A DNA stretch of 63,731 bases, filler included, from Stramenopiles sp. TOSAG23-2 (GCA_900128395.1; 34 parts of 34 records of this genome joined end to end with filler, not necessarily neighbours in it); one strand, 5' to 3'. Counted from the whole stretch's first letter, positions 25,547 to 38,128 are shown. Notes: generated by a model not told the origin, from the sequence alone. A program made the numbers and translations.

Positions 25547-26312
25547 ATGCCGAGAAAACGTGTAAAAACACCAAAAAACAAACAAACCAACAACAACAAC
25601 AAAAAAGATGAACAAGTAATTATCGAAAACAATGGTGACAATATTAGGATGAAAAATGGAAGAACAATATTAGTTACAGGTGCATCTGGTATGTTAGGTT
25701 GTCATATTGTTGAACAGTTATTAACAGGAAAAATAGCAAATGAGTTAAATGTAACTGAAGTACGTGTTTTTGATATTAATACATTTATACGCCTTGGAGA
25801 TTTAAAGTTTGAAAAGAAAAGTAATAAATTAAATCGTGGCATAAAATTAAAACATATTGTAGGTGATATGACCAAATTAAATGATATAAAAAAAGCTGTG
25901 AAAGGTTGTGATGCTGTAATACATGCTTGTAGTGTAGTTGATTTTGGGAACGTACCGAAACATGTTATATGGAATGTCAACGTAGAAGGGACGAAACATA
26001 TTTTAAATGAAGCAACAAAAGCTGGTGTGAAAAGTTTTATTTATACTTCCAGTTTAGATGTTGTTTTACCAGATACACTGCCAGGATTATTAAATGCAGA
26101 TGAATCTGCACCATATGCAGAAAAATCACAACATTCCTTATATGTAAAAAGTAAAACAAAAGCTGAAAAATTATGTTTACAAAAAGCAAATGAGCAACCA
26201 GGAATGAATATATGTGTAGTACGCCCACCCGGTATATATGGTGAACGTAGTTTATACCATATATCTGCAGAGTTAACTGCTGCGAAAGAGGCTGGGTCGA
26301 TGAATCATTTTA
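25547..26312 (+). CDS. Extended SDR of the 3-beta-HSD / sterol-4-alpha-carboxylate 3-dehydrogenase (NSDHL/ERG26-like) family, 3'-partial
   Basis: LVTGASGMLG, DAVIHAC, VNVEGT, FIYTSS, YVKSK, VRPPGIYG. Confidence 0.9.
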
Positions 26313-26531
26313 NNNNNNNNNNNNNNNNNNNNNNNNNNNNNNNNNNNNNNNNNNNNTTAATTAATTAANNNNNNNNNNNNNNNNNNNNNNNNNNNNNNNN
26401 NNNNNNNNNNNNAATAAAATTAATAAAATAATAATAATAATAATAAAAATAAAAATAAATAATAAATAGATGAAATAAACAGATACATGTAATACCCACC
26501 CTCACAGGACACTCCCTTTCACAGGAGCATC

Positions 26532-26918
26532 ATGCGCGTGACTATCCGTACTATTACCTCAGAGAACAAGAGATATCCATACACGGTCTATTTGCAGGAG
26601 AATATCCTACATCTCTTTAAAAGGAAACATATATTTTACGCTGATCATCTCTTTTTACCAGCGATTATCCATGGATATGTTTCCTTTCTAATGAGATCTG
26701 TTGGAGAGGGAGAGGTGATTCGATATGTGGAAGATCTTGTAAAAGATGTATATAAAAAAGATATTTCCGATGTGTACGATTCGATGCAATGGATATTGGC
26801 GCTGGTATCGTATCTATGCTCTAGGAAAAGGGAGAGCAATGATCCTGTAGATATAATAAAGGAACATATGAAAAAAATAAATAAGACATTAGTGACAGAA
26901 TTTATAAAAAATAGGTAA
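26532..26918 (+). CDS. Hypothetical protein
   Basis: 128-aa protein-like ORF, no motif recognised. Confidence 0.4.
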   Translation: MRVTIRTITSENKRYPYTVYLQENILHLFKRKHIFYADHLFLPAIIHGYVSFLMRSVGEGEVIRYVEDLVKDVYKKDISDVYDSMQWILALVSYLCSRKRESNDPVDIIKEHMKKINKTLVTEFIKNR

Positions 26919-28409
26919 AGTTAAAGCACGCATATTGATAATACTGTACGTGCCTTTAAAGAATTTCAGCGGAGCTCTTATTGTTTCAGCATATCGCATT
27001 CTTAAACATATCGTTTCAGCCATATATATATATATAATATATACTATTGGAGCATATACACAAGGAAAAGATGTCTCGGCTATATTTCTGCTATTTTTTC
27101 ATTCCCAATCACCATCAATACAACATCGTCTAATATTACCATACACACAGCATTGGTTCAATTCAGCGTAAAAAGTGTTTTCAATTACTTTTTCTTTTTC
27201 TAAAAGATGTATTGAACAATTTTTTTCCAAAATATATATGTACGAGCAACAGATCACAAAAATGATACATATTTGGTTCATTTATTTCTACCCCTTCTAT
27301 CGCCTTTCATTCTATCACCCATATATAAATTGATTCATCCAAAAAAAATCAAAATATACATGTACCAATCCATCTAAAAGGAATCGATTCCATTGGTTCG
27401 CCCTTAGTAGCCCAAAAAAAGTATACCAATAATATATCTTTTTTTTCTTCCAAAGGATTTTTTTATCTGCACACGCCGTTCAAAAAACGATCATAAACTA
27501 TGCGATAGACAAAATGCATATCCTCAATAGCAAACACAACCAATAGATAAAACACTAGATCAGATAATCCATGGAAATCATATCCATGGCACACACACCG
27601 ATGGATGGTGGTATTTTCTAGATATCCCGATATAGAAGAGAAACCACACTGGCTACCAGTACCAAAAAAACCATAAAAAAAAGTTTTCACTCTAAAAAAT
27701 ATTCTCTTGATCAAGGGAACGTTTTTTCACACAATATCAAACAAACTACATTTTGACCAATTGCAACCGCAATCAAAACACACACAGCCACACACACGAA
27801 TCTGAATATTATAAAAAGCAATCAACGGATGTCTCTCTCTGTATAACAATACACGTATCTTCTTTCAATAGTCTTTATTCCTATCTCCCCCAAAAGGATA
27901 TCCTTTTTACGATATATTCTTGCAAAAAATACACAAAAATGATTTCTAATAAAAACACAAAAATCAAAGATTAGAAGTAGATTTCTTGCTTCAACAGAGA
28001 CGAAACAAGGTGTCTATCCGTTGTAGAATTCAATTGCATTGATTATAGTTTTTGTTTGAAAAGAAACGGGTGCTTCTTTCGAAAGATAGGAGCGATTGTT
28101 TGTTTTCAGTAGTTGGTACTTTAAATATATGCACCTATTCATTTTGATGATGTATAAGAGAGATTGTTGTTGTGTGAAATGACCCTCGGGNNNNNNNNNN
28201 NNNNNNNNNNNNNNNNNNNNNNNNNNNNNNNNNNTTAATTAATTAANNNNNNNNNNNNNNNNNNNNNNNNNNNNNNNNNNNNNNNNNNNNGCCTATGACC
28301 GTTAACAAAATATTGCAAATTAATTAAATTACTTCAAAGAAACAAATTAAACAAAAGTTAAATTTATATTTCGATTATTACCAATTCAATTTTTACACGC
28401 ACCCTTATT

Positions 28410-29610
28410 TTAAATTTGTGTAGTACGTTCTAATTTTTTTCTACGGCAGCCTTTCCAAGTATTTGCAATATACCTGCACAATGCTGTCACAAGACCACTT
28501 AATGCACCATAATTGGTAAGAATACTCAATAAATGATCACCATTGGAACGTAAACCACACATACTTGTCCTTGCACTTTTAATCTGCTTGCCCAACAGCG
28601 CCTTTTGCTTCACCACCACAATTTCCTAATTCATCGTAGGAATAATATGTATTACAATAACTTGCTCTATTCTCCAAACAAAAGGCTACTGACATACGAC
28701 TCGTATTTGCTGGGTTAGTATATTCATCAATAACTGTAAAGATTAAAACACCAATCAATAAGATCCACAATACAACAGTCATAAATGTATCAACAAAATC
28801 ATCATAGACTTCTGCTTCAACTTGTATATTTTCTGGCCACCGTCCCGTATTTGCTCCAAGTTCCGATGGTGCAGCAACAAAACCTTCATTAATTGAGAAA
28901 GAACTAGCTTGACCAAGAAACATAAATGTACTTGCCGTATTATCACGTGTAAGTTTTGTATTTGTATTTGTACCCACAATTGCTTGAAATGTCACTGCAC
29001 CTGCTCCACTTTTTGGTGCTTTCCATGTGAACGTCGCATCATCAGTTGTTGTTTTTTCATTGGCACTAAATCACTTATCGTCTTCACCACCTGTAGTTCC
29101 AGCTCTACTTGCATCTATTATTGTACCGACGCTTGCATATAATCGCTTTGCAACACCTCCAAATATTTCACTCCTGATTGTAATAGAATAAAATTTTTCA
29201 GGTTCGTACATTCTTTGACCAGTTTTGCCGTTTGACCAAATGGGTCTTTCATATCACCATATGAACCACCTGATATGGCAATGGCTATGTTTCCACCACT
29301 TTTTAAAGGGGTTTGATATTGCTTGTATGTTCCTGCATCATTGTATCCAATATTACCACAGTGGGAACGGTGATCTTCGTATGGTAAAGCAATATTGCCG
29401 TCGCTAGCTGCACCTGAATTCGTCGTGTCTCTGATTACACATATTTTCCCGTTTGTGCCATAAGTGTTTCTTATTTGAAAAATTTGGACCTTCTTCTAAA
29501 AATTTACACGGTGCTTGACTCATATCCATTTCTGCTCCATATGCTGATCCGGTGAATACTATTGTCATTAACGACACTATAAGAACAATAGAAACAATTT
29601 GTATATTTTC
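28410..29610 (-). pseudogene. Multiply frameshifted Reeler-domain membrane protein
   Basis: Manual translation across frames: hydrophobic N-terminus IVSIVLIVSLMTIVF, MYEPEKFYSITI, TFTWKAPKSGAGAVTFQAIV (Reeler-like end), then a TM helix; at least four frame breaks. Confidence 0.6.
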
Positions 29611-30421
29611 TCTTCTTTTCTTTTTTAGGGGGGTTGGGGGGATATATACAATATGGGTTGTTTTTTGTTTTGTTATATAATATATATCTATATTGTTTTG
29701 GTAATTTAATTTCTTTATATTTTATTTAATTTGTGGTTAAGAAATTTTTTTTAAATAGTTACACACGCGATTATTAAAAAATAAAAAATAAACACTAAAC
29801 AGTTTGTTTCATGATTTAGATTCTGGAATATTATATTAAATACTGCTGTAACTGCCAATGTAATCTAATTTACGCGCACAGATTTGCTGCATCGACTAAT
29901 AATAGAACTCCTGTTCTGTACAGTTAGATTACAATGCACCAAATGGTTTCATTTGCGGACTCAATTATATAGGTCTACTTCAATACAAATAAAACATACT
30001 TAAAATTACACCTTAATTAATCATTATTTATTAAGTTCAATAACATAGAACCAACGTTCCTATCCTCNNNNNNNNNNNNNNNNNNNNNNNNNNNNNNNNN
30101 NNNNNNNNNNNTTAATTAATTAANNNNNNNNNNNNNNNNNNNNNNNNNNNNNNNNNNNNNNNNNNNNAATTCAGTTAAAATTTGTCAAAATTCAAAAAAA
30201 AGAAAGTTTTGTATTCGTGTACGTTTGTAGTTGTTAGGATACTAATATATGCCTAGTTAAAATCGAGACATCTCAAAAGCGATAATGCTATGATGGTGCT
30301 AATATCGGAAATACACTACATAGCATTGTAATGTATCAATTTATTACATACTACATAGATCTATCATTATAGATGGAATAGCATAGTCTAGAAGATAGAG
30401 GATAGAGAGACGTACTCTAGG

Positions 30422-30623
30422 ATCTAAAGGCAAGAAAAGTGAGTCATTTTTTGAGTGCCATTTTTGACTGTTTCCTTAAAATAACATACGATGATTATTA
30501 ATTATTAATAATTTCATCAACAAATGAAATAATAAATTGTTACCACAAAAACATTGTTTTGTTTTTTAAGGAAACAGTCAAAAAAGGCACTCAAAAAATT
30601 ACTCACTTTTCTTGCCTTTAGAT
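30422..30623. mobile_element. MITE-like element with ~60-bp terminal inverted repeats
   Basis: ATCTAAAGGCAAGAAAAGTGAGTCATTTTTTGAGTGCC...TTCCTTAAAA at 30422-30481 is inverted at ~30564-30623 with 2 mismatches; AT-rich non-coding core. Confidence 0.8.
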
Positions 30624-31222
30624 ACCTGAGTCTATACGTCGCTACGCTCCTTGCTCCATTTTAAAAGGAGTGTAGCGTTAGTATAGGCGAATAGCATAGC
30701 GGTGGTTTCCTGAGTAAGAGAGACGTATCTGTCTCCCTTCGGTCAACAGAGGCCTAATTTCATGCTATATTTACTTGTTTATATTTACTTAAATTACTAT
30801 TTATCTTTAGTGGAGGGTCTCCCGTTGGTCGACAGAGGCCTAATTTCATGCTATTTTTTAGTTGTTTTTAAATTACATACTAGTGGAGGGTCTCCCTTCG
30901 AGTAATAATAATAAAAAAATATCATCAAAAAATATCATCTTCTTAATTATTATTCTTAAATACTACTACTTACTACTACTTATAGAGAGGATCCTCTCTA
31001 CAAACTACTATTGAAATCTAAATCGATCGCGTTAATTATAGTATCAAAACATTTAATTTAAATATGACTTGCTACGTATTCCATATTCATAGACAGGAAC
31101 AAGAACTAATAATAAAAACAGAAAACGGCATACTCGAATCTATTAAAGACTTAATATAAAACGCGAGTAAACTAAATCCAGAATAAAACAAAACAGTATT
31201 TGTAGTTTTCTACGACTTAACA

Positions 31223-31944
31223 ATGCAGGAATCGGTCACTGCAAAAGAGGTGCAGCTGACTACTTCCGATGACAATGTTGTACACAACAAAAGTGGCAGC
31301 GGTAATAACAGAAATAAAAATAACAGTAAAAGTAACAATGGCAAGGACAACAGTAGCAGCAATAATGACACGGAAAACCAAGCTAAGATTGAAGTTCTAG
31401 TCACGTTTTGTAGCCACGTTGGATGGAATGGTGTATTAGTAATGTGTTTCTCATTAGTTATGGCTTTGTTGTTTTTTTATTTAACGTACGAATACAGTGT
31501 GCATTTTCGGCGATTTAATAGAGATTTTATCTGGGTCTTTATAGTAATGGCCTGTTTATTTCTGCTATTTATTATATACTATCTAGTTCGCTGGAAAAAA
31601 ATGGTCAATGATTTTATGGAAGAAGAAAGAAAAATTGAAAATAAAGAAAACAGCACCAACACAAATTCATGTTTTCAAAAAGCAAAAACAAGATACAATG
31701 ATTTTCAAATATTTGGAAAATATTATTTGTTTCAATTATATACGTCAGAAATATTTGAGTCTATTAATCAAATAAATAATTTATTTACAGTTTACACTTG
31801 TTCGTTGCCGATAGAAGCAACATCGATTTTATGTATCGTTCTCAGCATCGATTGTTTTCATACAGTTAGCTTTATGGTACGAAAAAATGATCCAAATAGA
31901 AGAGACAGGCAAATTATCATTGATACATTAGTAGATTGTTTATG
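31223..31944 (+). CDS. Multi-pass membrane protein, paralogue of 21038-22547, 3'-partial
   Basis: RFNRDFIW vs NFDREWIW; GKYYLFQLYTSEIFESINQINNL vs GKYYLWNLYTFECIESLNQLNNL. Confidence 0.85.
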
Positions 31945-32137
31945 NNNNNNNNNNNNNNNNNNNNNNNNNNNNNNNNNNNNNNNNNNNNTTAATTAATTAA
32001 NNNNNNNNNNNNNNNNNNNNNNNNNNNNNNNNNNNNNNNNNNNNTGTTTGTAGTATCAATATTAATTTATATATATAGTCATCCATTGTTCATACATATA
32101 GATAGACATAAAAGTAGAGAAGAATATATATGTAAAG

Positions 32138-33537
32138 ATGATGCTAATAACCCCATCATCTGGATCAAGACCATCGATATTAAGAGTATGTTTAACTGTA
32201 AAAGATTACAATAACAACCAACAACAATACGTTCAAAAAAACAACATGCAAAAAGAAGAAGAGGAAAAAACGCTTGAAGGTAAAATAAATGAAAAAATAA
32301 AAGAAAAGGGCAAAATTGACCAATTATTTATTATTAAAGCTGTAGGAAACAAAGATAAAGATATTCCAGTCCCACGATCGAAGATAAACATTATCACTAC
32401 ACTTACAACACTTACGGTATTGTCCTTACGAAAATGTAACTTGACAACTTTACCCAAAAATATTACAAGTCTCGTTAATTTAAAGTACCTCAACTTATCT
32501 GGGAATAAATTTCATAATTGGCCCATTTTTATTACAAAGCTAGTGAATTTAGAGACGTTACTGTTAGATAATAATCAATTAGAAGTACCACCTGAGTTTC
32601 AACTTGCAACCTTGACAAAATTGCAAATATTAAATTTATCAAATAACCAATTGAAATATATGCCAGTCGAAATTGCCACTTTGAAAAACTTAAGAGAATT
32701 ATATTTGGATGGAAATTTATTAGAGGATATACCAAAACAAATATTATTTTTAGAAGATTCATTAAAGAACGTTTCTTTGGCAAGGAATTCATTGAATGAG
32801 AAGCATACCCGAATATGTGAAAAAGGTAATGTTAAACGAATTATGAAATATTTGAAACATCAAAAATTAACATTATCAAAAGAACAGAAAGTTATTAAAA
32901 AAAAGTAGGAGAACAACTAATCGAAATTAAACAAGATGAATTTGATGATCCTAAATATGTAGATAGATTTAATACTGGGGGATTATTACGCAGAGCGTAT
33001 CTTACCTATTCCATTGATTTAAGAAGATACAAAAAGCAATTTTTACCTTCAACGATACATCCGCATAAAGATATTATTCAAACCTGCGTTGTTAATATTG
33101 ACCAAATTGAAATAAATATTGGTGCTATTTACTCTAATAATAATAGTGGCAAGGAGGTAATAATTGATGAAGATGAAATGGAAAATCAAATTGGTTGTAG
33201 CCCAGTCCTGAAATTTATATTATCACTATATAATTTAAATTTATTAGTAGTGACATATTCGAAAAAAAACCACGAGCATTATAATGTAGTTAAAAGATTA
33301 ACTAGAATACAAAATATGTTAAAATTAAGCTTTTATGTAATCAATTCAATAGAAGAAATTGCATCTGTAAATATGAATACCGATGGAAATATGACAAGAA
33401 CTACTTCAAATTTTGATAAAAATGATGATTATTACTGTAAATTTGTTGTTTTTCCATTACGAATGCAAGTGATAGAAAATGATAAAATTAAAGTAAATAA
33501 AATTGGTAATAGTACGAACGGTAGTACCACTAATTAA
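32138..33537 (+). CDS. Leucine-rich repeat protein; frameshift in A-run near 32900
   Basis: LxxLxLxxNxL repeats; the -1 frame from 32905 (VGEQLIEIKQDEF...) is open into ORF 33178-33537. Confidence 0.85.
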
Positions 33538-33921
33538 AAAAAACACAAAATGCCTGGACATATGTGGTGTGTACGAATTGTGAGAGTCTTGTAGCTGTAA
33601 AAAAAATATTCGAAGTTCGTTCGTATATATATATTAAAAAAAATTTATTAATATTTTTTTATTATGATATAAAAAACATTTACGAAGTTCGGAATAATTA
33701 TTAATGCCTATTTGATATTATCATATGCATACCATCATGCATATATATATATGCATAATATATATGATACTATGCATATGATATTATATATATATAGTAC
33801 TATGCTTTGAACATTTCTGGNNNNNNNNNNNNNNNNNNNNNNNNNNNNNNNNNNNNNNNNNNNNTTAATTAATTAANNNNNNNNNNNNNNNNNNNNNNNN
33901 NNNNNNNNNNNNNNNNNNNNT

Positions 33922-34307
33922 GGTAGTTTATTGGCAACTGGCGATGATGCATATAAAACAATTACATATGATATAAAATCAAAAATAAAAATACATGAAG
34001 TTAAACATGATTCCGAAGTAATGAGTGTATCATTTTCTCAGGATATTCATTGTTTCAACAAAAATGTTTGCATATCTGCACGATAAAGGATGAAGCAGGT
34101 GAAAATGCAATTATGAGTGGTCAATCTCAATGGGAAGGAAGGTTGAAAGCAGTGAAAAAGGAAATTAAAGAGATGAAAGCTGAGATGAAAGCTGAGATGA
34201 GCGAGATGAAAAATAAAATAGACACTAATATGAACGAAATGAAGGCTGAGATAAATGAGATGAAAGCTAACATGGAAAAACTTTTGAAAGCTGTTCTAAA
34301 AAAATAA
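33922..34307 (+). pseudogene. WD40 fragment joined out of frame to a coiled-coil C-terminal tail
   Basis: GSLLATGDDAYKT...VKHDSEVMSVSFSQD then a different frame QWEGRLKAVKKEIKEMKAEMK. Confidence 0.5.
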
Positions 34308-34768
34308 ACAAAAAAACATATGTATTTTTCTATTTTTACGGAGAATATTTTCGTTTAAAATTTTAGATTTTTTTTACTTTTTGGTCACATCATCTTTTTA
34401 TCTGCAAAAACCAATTCGATGATATTAATATAGCGCTCACTTAATGCACCTACGAAGTATTATACTGAAAAAATTACCTCTGTGTAACGATTCGTAATAT
34501 TTATACGTCGTAAATAAATTTTTTAATAAAAACATAAAAACAATTTTTACACATTTACACACCCCACTCTTTTTATCTTTTCACGCAGATTATAACATTT
34601 GAAAATGCATTAAAACACACACACACACGTGATACAAAGTGCACACGTGGTATACCATCTAGGATCCCATTTCCACACACACACCAGAAGCTGAATATGA
34701 TACTAAAATACGTATTAATATTATAATTACAATAACGTCACACAATCTTTCCATCTCATTTCGTACAA

Positions 34769-35695
34769 TTATTCATCACTACTACCATCTTTTTCAAATG
34801 ATTGTGAAAATGAAACTAAACTTGCAATACTTCCAATGAATCCTAATAACGAAACCATGACAATACGACGATTTTTTAATTTCATTTGTTCTTCTGTTAA
34901 TACATGTTTCTCTTCGCCTTTTTCATAATTTGTACTATCATCATCTGAATCATCATCAACATTTGTACCAGTCATACGACGATTTTTTCTTCTTTGTTTA
35001 CGATCATGAATAATAGTTTTTTTATTATATATATGTGCTTTTAATGGCATTTGTAATGATGCAATATCACCAACAATTACTTGATGCATTTTACCACGAA
35101 ATTTATATCTTACAATCAAACGTCTTTCTGTAATTAAATCTTCCTCACCGATTGGATCATAAAAGCCAGTAAGCCAACGTTTTGAATTGTTTGTATTTAT
35201 ATATAACTTGGAATGGTCATTAACTTTAATTTGCATTGGTATTTTAACATCAATTGTTGGCCCATGTCGACATTGTGATTTAATACTTTGATCTTTTTTA
35301 ACATATGAAGGAACGGCGCCATATCTAGCTTCTTTTATAATGATGCCATTCTTACTTTTTTCTCGTTGGTAAGAGTCATTATATGCCTCCTCCATCAATT
35401 CAATCGCAAGTTTTGCATTTTCTTTATTTATTTGATTGATTTTTTCTAAATTTTCTTCCGTCGATTCTTGAAACCCTTCTTCCATATCATAAAGTGCACG
35501 TTCAACAGGATTTGATAATATGGATTGTGCTTTACTAATCAAGGCAAACATAGCAGTGGAATCATTTGGATTTACCATCTCTACACCTTTATTTCTACTA
35601 GCTTTATCAGGATGATACATGAAACTGAATCTACGATATGCACGTTTGATTTCAGCAGATGTTGCAGTTTTTGAGATACCTAATACTTCATAAAG
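34769..35695 (-). CDS. DnaJ protein with DNAJC11-type C-terminal domain (DUF3395-like) and C-terminal hydrophobic helix, 5'-partial
   Basis: LYEVLGISKTATSAEIKRAYRR...YHPDK; GIIIKEARYG, IDVKIPMQ, LTGFYDP, LIVRYKFRGKMHQV. Confidence 0.88.
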   Translation of the reverse strand, partial: LYEVLGISKTATSAEIKRAYRRFSFMYHPDKASRNKGVEMVNPNDSTAMFALISKAQSILSNPVERALYDMEEGFQESTEENLEKINQINKENAKLAIELMEEAYNDSYQREKSKNGIIIKEARYGAVPSYVKKDQSIKSQCRHGPTIDVKIPMQIKVNDHSKLYINTNNSKRWLTGFYDPIGEEDLITERRLIVRYKFRGKMHQVIVGDIASLQMPLKAHIYNKKTIIHDRKQRRKNRRMTGTNVDDDSDDDSTNYEKGEEKHVLTEEQMKLKNRRIVMVSLLGFIGSIASLVSFSQSFEKDGSSDE

Positions 35696-35796
35696 NNNNN
35701 NNNNNNNNNNNNNNNNNNNNNNNNNNNNNNNNNNNNNNNTTAATTAATTAANNNNNNNNNNNNNNNNNNNNNNNNNNNNNNNNNNNNNNNNNNNNT

Positions 35797-36548
35797 GAAA
35801 CTATTAGGTGAAGATGTTGTAATGGATGATTGGTTGGATTGGCGTGTAAAATGGGGACAACTTGGCATAGGAATTTTCGGTTTCCTTGGGATTTTATGTT
35901 TTATTCTTTCTGGTGGAACAAATGTTGGATTACGAATTGCAACCATTGTATTTGCTATACTTTGGATTATATGTATTGGTATATTGTATTATAAAAATGT
36001 GTCATTTGTGATTATGAAACGATTGTTTAAAGAACCAAATGTTGTAATCATTATCATATTGCCAATTTTAAATTGGGCTATTGAGATTGGACGATCAGGT
36101 TCACCATTATCAATAATCAATGGATTCATATATATGTTGATAATAAATGTACAGAGTATTTGTATTTATGGATGCAGTAAAATTAAAAAGTCGTTTATTT
36201 CTGATTATTATTGGAAGTTTAACTACATTTTTAAATATTAACAATATTTACCATAGGATATTTGGAAATGCAAGTAAAGGAGTAGTTTTATTTAATTATA
36301 CCGTACAAGGTGAAGAATACACAATGATGCAACGTTCAATACAACGATCTATTTTCCTTCAAGTTTTATTATTTAGTATGACTGCTGTATATACAATGTT
36401 TAAAGATAAAAAAATGGAATTAATGATATTTGCTACTGGAAATATATATCGTGAAACTGGAACAGCATCAAAGCATGTGAAAGATAATACATTTTCAATT
36501 AATGTACAATTAGAGAAGAAAAAATCTAAAGACCAAGCCAGAGTGTAA
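35797..36548 (+). CDS. Multi-pass membrane protein, 5'-partial, broken by a 7-nt insertion at 36152-36158
   Basis: Removing CAGAGTA fuses ORFs 35822-36241 and 36147-36548 as YMLIINVFVFMDA. Confidence 0.75.
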
Positions 36549-37121
36549 AATACGTTCGTAGTCTATTTGAGAATCATAGAAGTCATATTTTTTTAAATAT
36601 ATATGAAAGTTTATTGCATTATTATATATGTGCGGGATACTGGTTATGTTTTGCGTTAATAGAATAGTTATTAACAATTTTGCAATATCTATACGATGTA
36701 TTGTAATGCTAAATATAAAATAAAATATACGAGAAGTAACATTATATTTTTTATCTCAATTGTAATACTCGTATGATATTCTGGTATTATTCCGATTAAA
36801 TTTATATTATTATGATATATATATATGTGACATAATATATTAGTTTGCAGAGGTGCATTAGAGCTTTACTATTTAGTACGACTTCGTAGTTCGTAGGATA
36901 GAATATTATTCTTGCGGTTGAGTATTGAGCATTATTACTTAACACGAGAAGTGTAAAATTGTTATAACTTTTAGATTTTAATCATCATTTATATATAAAA
37001 TATACGAGTCGACTTCGTACATATATTATAAAAATATTTGTACTAGTATCATATATATCGATAAAATATATTACAGATAATCATAAATTTTTTTTTTTAA
37101 GTGTTGAAAATATATGAAATA

Positions 37122-37314
37122 ATGAAATTTTTGGATGAAAATAATTTTATTTGCTGCTATTGCTATGGTAAGGGGAAATTTCATTGGAATGAAAATAATT
37201 TCATTAGCTGCTATTGCTATGGTAAGGGGTCTGAAATATGAAATTTCATTGGATGAAAATAATTTCATTAGCTGCTATTGCTATGGTAAGGGGTCTGAAA
37301 TATGCAATTTCATT
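37122..37314. repeat. Three-copy tandem repeat, 54-64-bp period
   Basis: ATGAAAATAATTT...GCTGCTATTGCTATGGTAAGGGG at 37135, 37189, 37253. Confidence 0.92.
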
Positions 37315-37696
37315 TTTTGACGAGAGAAGAGAGAGAGAGGGGAGGGGGCAGGAGGGACTGTCCCACGTTCGTCGAAAACATCTGTATAGTGTCACCTCTT
37401 TTCTCTTTGTTTTAATCCTCAGCTGAACCACGCCGCAAAAAAAAAACAACAGAGTTGTTATTAAAGGTGCAAAGTTGCTTGGTAACCACAAGTATTATTT
37501 TAAATACATATATATTTATGTGTGGACATACATACCTAGCTACGTTCTAAATTTTTCTTATCAACTCTAGNNNNNNNNNNNNNNNNNNNNNNNNNNNNNN
37601 NNNNNNNNNNNNNNTTAATTAATTAANNNNNNNNNNNNNNNNNNNNNNNNNNNNNNNNNNNNNNNNNNNNTTTTGTAAATAGCAACAATAACTACT

Positions 37697-38128
37697 ATGT
37701 CGAATTACCGCTCGGAACCTGCATCGAATCCATTTCTAAGTGATTCCGATGATGACTTTGTATATGAACAAAATGTTGACATTAATATTGCGTTAAATGA
37801 AGATGAGGATATAGTTATTAATAATAGTAGTAGTAGCCAACCAAGTACTACAAAGTTTAAAAACGATCCATTTTACAAAAACCTATTCAGTGAAATTGAT
37901 TCATCCAATAGTGATACAAATTATTCATCGGCGACGACAGATTATAGTGATTTTGATGATTTAAGTCCTCTTACACCTTTTGATGACGACGACTTAGATC
38001 CAATCATAGAAGAAGAAGAAGCAGAAGAGCAGGAGTTGATAATAGATTACAAACGTAGTACTCATCATGCATTATCTAGTGAGATAGCCTTTCAACAACT
38101 GCTTTTGCCGGGACAGTACACATTCTAA
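37697..38128 (+). CDS. Acidic N-terminal fragment of an unknown protein
   Basis: D/S/E-rich ORF from a plausible ATG; runs into an opposing ORF. Confidence 0.55.
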   Translation: MSNYRSEPASNPFLSDSDDDFVYEQNVDINIALNEDEDIVINNSSSSQPSTTKFKNDPFYKNLFSEIDSSNSDTNYSSATTDYSDFDDLSPLTPFDDDDLDPIIEEEEAEEQELIIDYKRSTHHALSSEIAFQQLLLPGQYTF

